From an uncultured delta proteobacterium (lineage in GTDB: Bacteria > Desulfobacterota > Desulfuromonadia > Desulfuromonadales > BM103): a stretch of 48,311 bases of DNA. The notes beneath the pieces are model-generated. The model made no database searches. It worked only from the letters and a program-made list of their open reading frames with translations, and was not told where the DNA came from. The DNA is taken from contig CAVQRZ010000018.1 in assembly GCA_963715335.1 (NCBI GenBank), positions 1 to 48,311 on the forward strand, given 5' to 3'. Below, piece by piece: positions 8,866 to 17,974 of this stretch (the stretch's first letter is position 1; each line of letters begins with the position of its first letter). The position numbers and the translations under genes are program-made.

Positions 8866-9954
8866 TTAGAAGAGAGTCCCAAGAACCACGCCGAGCGCTG
8901 ACAGCGGACCTGTATCGCTAATGCCATCAACAGACTTTTCTACCTTATGCAGAGTGGTTTTGGCATCACGATAGAGGTCGTCTTCGTTAACCAGTTTCCC
9001 TAATGTACCCTGCCCTTCATCAATCTTGGCCGCAATACTGTTAACCCGGGCCAGGGTATCACTGAGGTTGTTATAAAGGGCGTCATCATTCATGAGCCTG
9101 CCAAGCGACCCCTCTCCCGCGTTGATCTTTGCCGTTAATTTACTCAGGTTGCCGACCGACAGGGTGATCTCTTCGTATAGCCGGTCATCAACAAAGAGCT
9201 TGCCCAGGGTCCCCTCGCCCGACCTGATCAAGTCAGAGAGGGCCGCGAGGTTAAGCATGGTCTGGTTGAGGTTGTCGTAAAGGGACGGGTCATCGATCAG
9301 TTTTCCCAGTGAGCTGTTACCGCTCTCCAGTTTGGCGAGCAACTGATTCAGTCGTGTCGACATGGCTGCCATCTCATCATAGAGGGTCGGGTTGTTTACC
9401 AGCCGTCCCAGGGTCCCTTCCCCTTCGTCTATTTTGGCAACAATTTTTTCAAGGCGGCTGATCGTCTGGGCCAGCGGTTCACGGCTCTCATCGACCAGAT
9501 CCCCCAACGGTCTCAGGAACCGATCCTGGTTACGATCGAGGTTGGTGATGAGCTGGTCAATGTTTGTCGAGTCCCGGGTGTTGACAGTACTTCCGGGCGT
9601 CAGGATATTGCTCTGCGCAGAGCCGAAATCCAGACCCAGAAAAACTCCGCCAAGCATATTGGTCTGACGGATTTGGGCGAGGGAATCTTCGCGAAGGCTG
9701 TCTTCGCGGTTGACGTAAAAATCTATTCGCACCTGCTGACCCTCGATAGCGATTTTCCTGACCTTGCCGACGTCGACGCCGGCAATCCGTACCGGGTCGC
9801 CCACCTTCAAGCCAACTGCATAGTTGAAATAGGCAACGTATGAATACTGGGTCTCGAAAGGACGCCAGTCCTCGACCAGCTCTATCATCACGGCCAGCAA
9901 GATCAGGGTTGCAAGAAAAAACAACCCGACTTTTTGTTCGGTTGACACTGCCAT
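8866..9954 (-). CDS. MCE/MlaD family protein with a long helical repeat extension
   Basis: EQKVGLFF TM anchor, MCE domain (GLKVGDPVRIAGVDVGKV), then five 34-aa repeats containing GEGTLGKL..D..LY. Confidence 0.9.
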   Translation of the reverse strand: MAVSTEQKVGLFFLATLILLAVMIELVEDWRPFETQYSYVAYFNYAVGLKVGDPVRIAGVDVGKVRKIAIEGQQVRIDFYVNREDSLREDSLAQIRQTNMLGGVFLGLDFGSAQSNILTPGSTVNTRDSTNIDQLITNLDRNQDRFLRPLGDLVDESREPLAQTISRLEKIVAKIDEGEGTLGRLVNNPTLYDEMAAMSTRLNQLLAKLESGNSSLGKLIDDPSLYDNLNQTMLNLAALSDLIRSGEGTLGKLFVDDRLYEEITLSVGNLSKLTAKINAGEGSLGRLMNDDALYNNLSDTLARVNSIAAKIDEGQGTLGKLVNEDDLYRDAKTTLHKVEKSVDGISDTGPLSALGVVLGTLF

Positions 9955-9955
9955 G

Positions 9956-10750
9956 CTAATCCCTTTCCCCCTGGAGACCCTTGGTCGTTGTATAGATAAA
10001 TTTTCGAACAAGCGGGTTCTGGCTTTTCTTGATTTCCTCTGGAGTTCCGACTGCAATCACCTGACCATCGTGCATCATCGCCACGCGATCTGAAAGGTAC
10101 AGCGCAAAGTTCAGGTCGTGGCTGACGATGATAGTCGTCAGGTTGACCTCTCTTTTAAGTTCCATAATGACCCTGGCGAGTTCATCCGAAGTCACCGGGT
10201 CCAACTCTGCGGTTGGCTCATCATACAGGATCAAATCCGGGTTCATTGCCAGGGAACGGGCGATTGCCACCCTCTTCTTCATGCCCCCGGAAAGCTCTTC
10301 CGTACGCATATCCTCTTTGCTATCGAGGCCAACCAGTCGCAATTTCTCCCTGATGATGCGACGAATCCGGATTTCGCCACAAATACGTTTTTCTCTCAGC
10401 CACAGGCCGACGTTCTCGCCAACGGTCAGAGAATTGAAGAGCGCGGAAGACTGAAAGACCATACTGTACCGGAAATCCTGTGGTGCATTCTGCGACACTT
10501 CCTCATTAATATCGTGGCCATTTATCAGAATCTGTCCGCTGTCTGCTTGTTCGAGCTTGACGATATGTTTAAGCAGGACGCTCTTGCCGGTCCCCGACGG
10601 CCCGATAATCGAGAATGTCTCGCCTGGCTCGACGTTCAGGTTGATGTCCCTCAGGACATGATTGTCATCGAAAGATTTGTTAAGACCCTTGATCTCTATC
10701 CTCACCCCACGGGATGCCGTGTAACCGATCTGGCAGCTGTCGCCAGCCAT
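9956..10750 (-). CDS. mlaF: MlaF-like ABC ATPase
   Basis: GPSGTGKS Walker A, LSGGMKKRVAIAR signature, LYDEPTAELDP, SHD; lies in the MCE operon. Confidence 0.88.
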   Translation of the reverse strand: MAGDSCQIGYTASRGVRIEIKGLNKSFDDNHVLRDINLNVEPGETFSIIGPSGTGKSVLLKHIVKLEQADSGQILINGHDINEEVSQNAPQDFRYSMVFQSSALFNSLTVGENVGLWLREKRICGEIRIRRIIREKLRLVGLDSKEDMRTEELSGGMKKRVAIARSLAMNPDLILYDEPTAELDPVTSDELARVIMELKREVNLTTIIVSHDLNFALYLSDRVAMMHDGQVIAVGTPEEIKKSQNPLVRKFIYTTTKGLQGERD

Positions 10751-10859
10751 TATCGACGGTGCAAAACCGTGTGCAAGCTTTGACCAAAAAGTGCCGCGTG
10801 GTTTCATCGTGTCAGCATAAGTCCTTTGTCTGGGTTGTTTCTTTAGTCACAATCATTCC

Positions 10860-11633
10860 TTACAGCATGAGACGGGTCAGGAGGTAATTAGCCACCATGA
10901 TCAGAAGGAAAGACAGAACGACGGAGCGGGTTGTCGACTCGCCTATCCCCCTTGCGCCACCGCTCGTCTTGAACCCGATATAACAGCCGACATGGGCGAT
11001 AATGCCGCCAAACACCATTGCCTTTAGCAGCCCCTTGAGAATTTCCATGTAGCTCAGTGCACGAATCATGTTGTCATAGTAAACAGTGAACGGGACATCG
11101 ATTCGAGGGTTTACTTCGGCCACGACCCCGCCGCCAATCACGCCGACTACAGTTGAGAACACAACCAGCGCCGGCACGACCAGAAGGCAGGCAATCAGTC
11201 TCGGCATGGCAAGATAACGGACCGGGCTGATTTCCAGGGTTTTGAGCGCATCGATCTCTTCGTAGACCTGCATGGCGCCAACCTCGGCGGCCATCGCTGA
11301 GCCTATGCGTCCAGCGACCAGGAGGCTGGTCATGACCGGTCCGAGCTCCTTGACCATCGACAGGCCAACGATCGCCCCGATGGCCTCCTGGGTGCCGTAA
11401 AGTGCGAGTTCTGAACCAGTTTGCACCGACAGGACCATACCGACGAACATGGCCACGAGCATGGCGATCGGCAAGGTGCCGATACCAATGATACTCATCT
11501 GTCGGAAGATGCTGGTCAGGTTGCGTGGAGCCTCTTTGAAGTAGTAGATCGTTTCACAGAGGAGCGCCAGCATCTCGCCGAGACCTTGTGCAACGTTCAG
11601 CAGTTTGCCGACTATGAAGTTGAACACTCGCAT
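10860..11633 (-). CDS. mlaE: MlaE family ABC permease
   Basis: KELGPVMTSLLVAGRIGSAMAAEVGAMQVYEEIDAL and GARGIGESTTRSVV motifs. Confidence 0.92.
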   Translation of the reverse strand: MRVFNFIVGKLLNVAQGLGEMLALLCETIYYFKEAPRNLTSIFRQMSIIGIGTLPIAMLVAMFVGMVLSVQTGSELALYGTQEAIGAIVGLSMVKELGPVMTSLLVAGRIGSAMAAEVGAMQVYEEIDALKTLEISPVRYLAMPRLIACLLVVPALVVFSTVVGVIGGGVVAEVNPRIDVPFTVYYDNMIRALSYMEILKGLLKAMVFGGIIAHVGCYIGFKTSGGARGIGESTTRSVVLSFLLIMVANYLLTRLML

Positions 11634-11640
11634 AAAGCTG

Positions 11641-13089
11641 TTACTCGGCAGTCGCCACAGGTTTATCCCAGCGCAGTCCCCAGGGGAGGTAGAAGAAACT
11701 CAATCTTTTGCCCTGCTCATCGACACGATAACTGATCAGGCCTTTGAGGAAACGAAGTCTCTTGTCATCCGGCGATTCCCTGTGATACTCAACCAAGGGA
11801 AAGAGTTCCCATGCGATCATGTCCCCCTGTCGTTCGGACCAATACAGATTCCATAACAGACTGATCGCCTGGTTGCCCTGCTGGTCCCACTTTTGTTGAT
11901 ACACCCGCCACAACGGCGACCAGAGCCGTTCGATAGATTCGTTGCCGGGGAAAAAGGGCTCCAGCAGCGAGAACGTATGCAGAAGGCTTACACCATCTTT
12001 TCTGTAATAGCCGAAGAGCGGCCAGAGATTAATCCGCCGCATCGATCCACCGGTCTCCCACTTCGACTCTCTGGTGTCTGAGTAGAGGAAAAACAGCACC
12101 CGATCACGACGTCTCTGAATCAGCTCTGTGTTCATTTCTTCAATTTTATATATCGGCCAAAGATACCATCTCTGCCGCTTAACATCCATCGTTTCATCGG
12201 CAAAAAACGGCAACAATTTCATGCCGTGATGGTTCTCTCCCCTGGTCACCCTGACCAGGGGCCAGGGAGCATTCCATTCCTCATAACCTTTGACCCGGTC
12301 TTCTATTTTATAAAAGAACGGCCAAAGCGCTGCCCGGTATGATTTTTCAGGCGATTCTTTGCTGACATAAAATGGCCAGGCAGCTCTAATCTCCTCAGGG
12401 TTGTCGCCGTCAAGTTTTTTGGATTCGGAGAAAAAGATGGGCCAGAGAAAAAATTTCTTGCGGTATACGCCGGCTTTGCCGCTCTGCCCATAAATCGGCC
12501 AGAACTTGTATCCTGACTCATCCTCACCGGAAATCCTGGCAAAAAAAGGCCATAGGACATTGTCGACCTGTCTGGTGCCACGCTCGGTTTGACTGTAGAG
12601 GGGGAAAAGCACGAATGTAATACGGTCCCGACCGAACCAGTTATAAAGCGTGCCTCCCAGCGGGAAAAAGGCCATGTAGCTGCCCTGCTCCTCTTCGCCG
12701 TAAAAAAGGAAGGGAAAGAGATACGATCGGTTATCACTGCCTGTTTCGCGTTCTCCGAAATCGTAGTTTAACAGGTGTAAGAGGTGGAAACTGGATGATT
12801 CCTTATTTCTTTTGTGACCAAACAACGGATAGAGGACATCGGTCTCGGCAACGCCATTTTCGTCTACTGCCCGATAAAAAAGTGGCCGCAGGGCATACTC
12901 GGTTTCAACATCCTTGGTCTCGTATTTTACAAAAGGGCCCATCAGATGAAGGCTCTGGTAGCCGGCTTGGGCGGAGGCCCGGTAATCATAGACAGGCCAG
13001 AAAGTAGACAGCGATGCGTCGTCTGCAAAGACCGGGCTTGCAAACGTCAGGATGAGGAATGCGAGGTGAAGGGGTAAGCCTCGTTTCAT
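11641..13089 (-). CDS. uncharacterised exported protein with about 20 aromatic-Pro-aromatic repeats (candidate MCE outer-membrane partner)
   Basis: Sec signal MKRGLPLHLAFLILTFASPVFA; repeated FWPVY/LFPLY/LWPFF/FWPIY/AWPFY-type motifs; stop is 7 nt before the mlaE start. Confidence 0.8.
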   Translation of the reverse strand: MKRGLPLHLAFLILTFASPVFADDASLSTFWPVYDYRASAQAGYQSLHLMGPFVKYETKDVETEYALRPLFYRAVDENGVAETDVLYPLFGHKRNKESSSFHLLHLLNYDFGERETGSDNRSYLFPFLFYGEEEQGSYMAFFPLGGTLYNWFGRDRITFVLFPLYSQTERGTRQVDNVLWPFFARISGEDESGYKFWPIYGQSGKAGVYRKKFFLWPIFFSESKKLDGDNPEEIRAAWPFYVSKESPEKSYRAALWPFFYKIEDRVKGYEEWNAPWPLVRVTRGENHHGMKLLPFFADETMDVKRQRWYLWPIYKIEEMNTELIQRRRDRVLFFLYSDTRESKWETGGSMRRINLWPLFGYYRKDGVSLLHTFSLLEPFFPGNESIERLWSPLWRVYQQKWDQQGNQAISLLWNLYWSERQGDMIAWELFPLVEYHRESPDDKRLRFLKGLISYRVDEQGKRLSFFYLPWGLRWDKPVATAE

Positions 13090-13197
13090 TTGTCCAGCCG
13101 AAGTCGAGGTAAAGATAAAAACGCCGAGATCACATATCACGGGGATCAACTATGAAAAAAGTAGCGAGGGGGGCGGTGACTTAGGGCGTCGCGATGA

Positions 13198-13326
13198 TCA
13201 GTCCGATGGCTCATCCTGAGACCGGGACTTGCGTTTTCTGCAATACGTCACCAGATACATAATGCCATGGATGACACCGAGAATCAGGATTATGAATACG
13301 ACATCACCGATGCCAACGTTGTGCAT
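13198..13326 (-). CDS. small single-TM protein (42 aa)
   Basis: MHNVGIGDVVFIILILGVIHGIMYLVTYCRKRKSRSQDEPSD*; AGGGGG RBS; hydrophobic helix followed by a basic cluster; not in the ORF track. Confidence 0.6.
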   Translation of the reverse strand: MHNVGIGDVVFIILILGVIHGIMYLVTYCRKRKSRSQDEPSD

Positions 13327-13400
13327 GACAGCCCCCTGTTAAAAACAGCATAAATCTATCATGACCAGAGAAAAGTTGCGAAGCAAAACGTTGTGGTAAT

Positions 13401-14417
13401 CTAAATTAAATCAAGAGTTTCACGAGCCTGTTTGTGCTCCGGATCGATTTCCAGGGCGTTGGTCAGAGCCTCGAAAGCCCCACCCTTGTCACCGGTCTTT
13501 AAGCGGCACATCCCAAGCAGGCAGAGAAAGTCAACTGACTTCAGTTCAGAGGTAAAATACGGATCAATTTCCAACCGCTCGAGGATCTCGGTCGCCAGGG
13601 CATAGTGTCCGGCTGAATAAAGCTGCATGGCGTCCGCAACCTTTTCCAGGTCGTCGACCAGGCAATGGTCCGGAAACCCGATTTTAACACATGAATCCAG
13701 GCGAGCCTTGATCTGCCCCAGGGTCTCTTCACTTTCAACCAACTCAAGCAGCCTGTGTAATCGCTTGATCGCTGCAGGGTAATCCCCGAATAAGATATCG
13801 ATTTGCACAACAAGATTCAGCGCCGCGACGTTACCGGGGTCAAGTTTGACGAGTGCATGACCAAAACGCATGGCGTCCAGCAGATGGCGGCGGACTTGAG
13901 GCAGTTCGGTAAAAGTTATCGCGAGCTCATAAAAACCATGGCAGAGCTGCCACAGCAGGCCCGTATTCCGAGGTTCAAGCAACTGGAGGATCTTCAGATA
14001 AGTCAGTTTGCGAAAGATATAAGCCGGCTCGACATCTTTCTTGTCGAGCATGACTGCATGTGCGGCCAGGTCAGCAAGATAGTGAGGGTAGCCATCACGC
14101 AGCAATTCTGCATAAGCGGTGTTGTGCAAACAATCTGGGAACTGGCGCAAGTAATCATAGACACCCTCACCGATAGCATTCTCAGTAGGGACATCATCCT
14201 GCTCCATATTTGTGATCTTAACCGGCAAAGGCAATTGAGGCAGAGGCACCGGGGTCTGGTCTGGCCCGATGTGGATGACAGAGCCTTCAGGTGGGACCCG
14301 GAAGATAAATTTTTGCGGGTCGAGATTATTGAGATTGATGTCCGTCACGATGGCAGCCTTGGGAATTGGAATTAAATGAGCAGAGCCTGTTTTACTAGAG
14401 TGGCTTGTAGAGGTCAA
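13401..14417 (-). CDS. tetratricopeptide-repeat protein
   Basis: Helical TPR-like segments (LLGMCRLKTGDKGGAFEALTNALEIDPEH; ALVKLDPGNVAAL). Confidence 0.72.
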   Translation of the reverse strand: MTSTSHSSKTGSAHLIPIPKAAIVTDINLNNLDPQKFIFRVPPEGSVIHIGPDQTPVPLPQLPLPVKITNMEQDDVPTENAIGEGVYDYLRQFPDCLHNTAYAELLRDGYPHYLADLAAHAVMLDKKDVEPAYIFRKLTYLKILQLLEPRNTGLLWQLCHGFYELAITFTELPQVRRHLLDAMRFGHALVKLDPGNVAALNLVVQIDILFGDYPAAIKRLHRLLELVESEETLGQIKARLDSCVKIGFPDHCLVDDLEKVADAMQLYSAGHYALATEILERLEIDPYFTSELKSVDFLCLLGMCRLKTGDKGGAFEALTNALEIDPEHKQARETLDLI

Positions 14418-14429
14418 CCATCAGATGCA

Positions 14430-14461
14430 GCAAAGGCGACCTTTTTGAAGGTCGCCTTTGC
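14430..14461 (-). terminator. strong hairpin, probable terminator of the 39-aa gene
   Basis: GCAAAGGCGACCTT / AAGGTCGCCTTTGC inverted repeat; U-tract weak. Confidence 0.6.
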
Positions 14462-14488
14462 ACATCGAACTGTAGCTTTACCCAGGCC

Positions 14489-14608
14489 TTAGTGGCCGCC
14501 GAGATTAAGAAAGGATAACGCCAGGAGGACAACCGCACAGGTCGTCAGTACATAAAGGCCCCGAGCAACAGTTAACAAATAACGCTTTAAATTCGTGTAA
14601 TCAGACAT
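14489..14608 (-). CDS. small membrane protein (39 aa)
   Basis: MSDYTNLKRYLLTVARGLYVLTTCAVVLLALSFLNLGGH*; GGAG RBS, consensus promoter upstream, hairpin downstream; not in the ORF track. Confidence 0.7.
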   Translation of the reverse strand: MSDYTNLKRYLLTVARGLYVLTTCAVVLLALSFLNLGGH

Positions 14609-14669
14609 GATCAATCTCCGTAGTATTTTATTTTTTTCAGGCATAACAACCCTCACTATTTGTGCGGGA

Positions 14670-14697
14670 ATTATACGGAGTCGTCGTTTAATGTCAA
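14670..14697 (-). promoter_or_regulatory. consensus sigma70 promoter
   Basis: TTGACA-N16-TATAAT on the minus strand. Confidence 0.75.
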
Positions 14698-14716
14698 CAT
14701 CTATTTATATGGTTTA

Positions 14717-15130
14717 TTATATTTTTGGTGGGTGCTCTTTCAGAAACTCGCCAAAGCTTTGATCAAAAGCCTGTACATGTTGGACCAACCAGGCCACCAG
14801 GGCCCTGTTGGTCTGTATGATGTTCATCAAGGTCGGACCCTGGCTCGAAATCTGTTGGCGAATATCAGCGAGTCGTTCCCGAAAGCTTTGATGCTTGCGC
14901 CTGTGCAGATCAAGATCAGGGAAATTGACCTGTTGCATCAGGGCCTCTTCTGCCTGGAAATGATATACCACGTACTCTTTAAGACGGTCATGAAGTTCAA
15001 GCAAGGTCTCCTTGCCTTCTCCCCTAGAGCAGCCATCTACGAAATCACCAAAAAAACCAAAAAGGGCAATATGCTGTTTGTCTATCTCTTGATTCCCTAT
15101 GCTCAGGGCCGGGGTCCAGGTCAATTCCAT
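14717..15130 (-). CDS. bacteriohemerythrin
   Basis: W...SIG..EIDKQH, HFQAEEALM, HRRKH and WLVQHVQAFD di-iron ligand pattern. Confidence 0.92.
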   Translation of the reverse strand: MELTWTPALSIGNQEIDKQHIALFGFFGDFVDGCSRGEGKETLLELHDRLKEYVVYHFQAEEALMQQVNFPDLDLHRRKHQSFRERLADIRQQISSQGPTLMNIIQTNRALVAWLVQHVQAFDQSFGEFLKEHPPKI

Positions 15131-15229
15131 TAGCGAGCTCCTTAAATGTGAATTTCATATCACACTGCTGATTCAGTATAAAACAAGCGTTACAAATACA
15201 GCGCAACAGATGGTAAATACACAGGCAAC

Positions 15230-15261
15230 AAAAACCCCGTGACTCGCAAGAGTCACGGGGT
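15230..15261 (-). terminator. rho-independent terminator after tRNA-Glu
   Basis: ACCCCGTGACTC-GCAA-GAGTCACGGGGT hairpin with an A-run on the plus strand. Confidence 0.8.
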
Positions 15262-15268
15262 CTCTGAA

Positions 15269-15346
15269 TGGTACGCCCAAGGGGATTCGAACCCCTGTCG
15301 TCGGCGTGAAAGGCCGATGTCCTAGGCCGGGCTAGACGATGAGCGC
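15269..15346 (-). tRNA. tRNA-Glu(TTC)
   Basis: Cloverleaf; anticodon arm TCGGC-CTTTCAC-GCCGA, T-loop GGTTCGAATCC, CCA end. Confidence 0.96.
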
Positions 15347-15392
15347 ATGGTAACTATGCTCTCACGGGGAAAATGTTCCCCTGTTGATACTA

Positions 15393-15467
15393 TGGCTGGG
15401 GTGGGAGGATTTGAACCCCCGAATGGCGGAGTCAGAGTCCGCTGCCTTACCGCTTGGCGACACCCCA
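15393..15467 (-). tRNA. tRNA-Gln(CTG)
   Basis: TGGGGTGTCGCCAAGCGGTAAGGCA-GCGGA-CTCTGAC-TCCGC...GGTTCAAATCC...CCA. Confidence 0.96.
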
Positions 15468-15544
15468 AAAGCAGGCTGTGATTTTTAACAAAGTTGCCTT
15501 TTGGAGTCAAGCTTTTTGCCGCCGGAAAACGCATAATATAGATA

Positions 15545-16940
15545 TCAGGCGAGCGATGCAAGAGCCTTTTGCAGGCGGGACAAAACTCTCTCCTTGCCGA
15601 GCACGGCGACAACGTCATAGATACTCGGGCTGACAGTCCCTCCGACCAGCGCCACGCGTACGGTCGGGCCGATTTTGCCAAACTTGAGGCCGCTTTCTTC
15701 CATAACCGCCTTGAAGGCATTTTCAATGTTGTCGTGGCTGTATACGGTCAATGCCCCGAGATGCCTGACAGTCAGCTCAAGCACGTCGCGTTGATCGCCG
15801 GTGAGGAACTTTGCCGCGGCTTCTTCATCGTAGGATTCCGGGGCGACGAAGTAGAAGCGCGCGCCGTCCGCCATCTCGACCAGCGTCTTGGCGCGGTCCT
15901 GAAGGGTCATGACCACCGACGGCAGATCCGGCCCGGACGTGACATCGACGCCCTGCCCTGCAAGGATTTCAGCCACCAGGCCACCCAGGCGTACCGGGTC
16001 GCCAGTCTTGATGTAATGCTCGTTCAACCACAACAGCTTGTCAGGGTTGAACACCCCGGCCGAGCGGCCAACGTTTTCGAGAGTGAACTTTGCAATCAGG
16101 TCGTCCATGGAGAAGATCTCCTCGTCGCCGAACGACCACCCCAGGCGCACGAGGTAATTGACCATCGCCTCCGGCAGATAACCCATCTCCCGGTAGACCA
16201 TAACCGAGGTGGCGCCATGACGCTTGGAAAGGCGCTTCTTGTCAGCGCCGAGGATCATCGGTACGTGGGCGAATTCCGGGACCCCGTAGCCAAGGGCCTG
16301 ATACATCGGGATTTGGCGGACGGTGTTGTTGACATGGTCATCGCCGCGAATCACCAGGGTGATGCCCATTTCAGCATCATCTACCACGACCACGAAGTTG
16401 TAGGTCGGGTTGCCGTCGGTTCGTTGAATGATCAGATCATCCAGTTCGATGTTTTCTACCGAGATTATCCCTTTGATACGGTCGACAAATGCCGTCGTGC
16501 CGTCCAGCGGCGTTTTAAACCGGACCACGAAGGGTGCATCGGGCCGGTCCGTCCGGTTGCGACAGGTGCCATCGTAACGAGGCTTGCCGCCGCTCTGCAT
16601 TGCCGCCTCCCGCTTGGCGTCCAGTTCATCGGGGGTGCAGTAGCAGCGATAGGCAAGGCCCTTGTCCAGCAGTTCGGCTACCTTGCGCTTGTAAAGGTCG
16701 TATCTTTCAGACTGGTAGAAAGGACCTTCATCGTAGCTCAACCCCAGCCAGTCCATGGCTTGCAGGATGGCATCAACCGATTCCTGCGTGGATCTTTCCA
16801 CGTCTGTATCTTCGATACGCAGGACAAAGGTGCCGCTCTCTTTGCGCGCCAGCAGATAATTGAACAGAGCCGTCCGGGCCCCACCGATATGCAGGTAGCC
16901 GGTCGGACTCGGGGCAAAACGTACACGTAGATTCAGACAT
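15545..16940 (-). CDS. gltX: glutamate--tRNA ligase; apparent extra base at about codon 3
   Basis: The frame upstream of the track ORF reads [25 protein letters not shown] (HIGH motif); RLSKR (KMSKS-like). The ATG at 16940 has a GGAG RBS but is out of frame by one base; an in-frame CTG lies at 16936. Confidence 0.95.
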
Positions 16941-16968
16941 TTTGTTGCTCCGGAAAGGTTTAATATTG

Positions 16969-17060
16969 GGAATCCAGAATCCAGAATCAGAATCAGTCAG
17001 AATCTAGAATCCAGATTGTTTTATTATTCTACTGAATACGGGATTCTGGATACTGAATAC
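16969..17060. repeat. palindromic heptamer-repeat element (GAATCCA type), copy A
   Basis: (GAATCCA)n-like left arm, AT-rich spacer, right arm TGAATAC GGGATTC TGGATAC TGAATAC. Confidence 0.85.
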
Positions 17061-17150
17061 CTGCCCCTAAATACTTACTCGCAAAACAGGTCACCTTTCG
17101 GTGACCCCGTTTTATACCGGAAATCAGGGGATGTGGCAAGAATTAGAGAA

Positions 17151-17955
17151 TCAGGAGATCATGACTCCTGCATAACCGACCACTTCGGACTGGTCGCCTG
17201 TCACATCACCGGAATTGCTGTAAAGAATCAGCTCGGCCTTGTTTCGCGCCCAAGGTTTTTGCCGCCTGCAGCATGACCACGGTCGGGAAGACCCCGCACA
17301 TCGATATGCCGTGCTCAGACACCACATCGTAGAGCCCTTCAGGATCCAGGGCAAGCACCCTGTCCAGGGCCATGAAATCCTTCTGCCTGGCACTTTTGGC
17401 GGACTCGTAATGGGTCATATCCGTGCTCGCAACGATCAGGGGTGGCTCGGAGCCGGACGAGATGGCCCGGGCAAGTCCATCACCCATCTCAAGCAGCAGG
17501 TCGAGCGGCATGCGGCTGATGCAGATCGGCACAATGCTGGTCGCCGGCGCCTTCACCTGCAGAAAAGGTAGCTGGACTTCGAGGGAATGTTCAAAACGAT
17601 GCGCAAGGGTGTCCTCTGCCGCCATCGGACATTCCCTGAGAATACGATCGGCGAGCTTTACCGAAATCGGCGTTTCCCCAATCGGGGTTTCCCAGGCACC
17701 GCTGGCGTAGACCGCGGCGACATGGCCACGGCCGTGGTGATTCGGGCCAAGGATGATGGCTTCAGAGGGAATCTTGACGCCGGCAAACGTCTGTCCGGCA
17801 ACCTTACCCGAATAGATATAGCCCGCGTGCGGAGACATGAGGGCAATTGCCGTCTTTTGTTCGGTAGCTGCCGGCATCAGGGAGATGACAGATTTTAGCA
17901 GGCTTTCTCTCTGGCCGGGATAGAACTGACCGGCGACCACAGCGTTACGTAACAT
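17151..17955 (-). CDS. amrB: AmmeMemoRadiSam system protein B (MEMO1 family); +1 frameshift near 17243
   Basis: RNAVVAGQFYP, PHAGYIYSG, GPNHHG, EHSLEVQLPFLQ, ASTDMTHY and ISMCG motifs; the C-terminus YSNSGDVTGDQSEVVGYAG lies in the adjacent frame and ends at 17151. Confidence 0.9.
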
Positions 17956-17974
17956 GACGGAACCTCCGACAGGA

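Noticed and set aside
15569..16930. 453-aa plus-strand ORF
   Set aside because: Antisense shadow of gltX, typical of GC-rich codon usage; no recognisable motifs.
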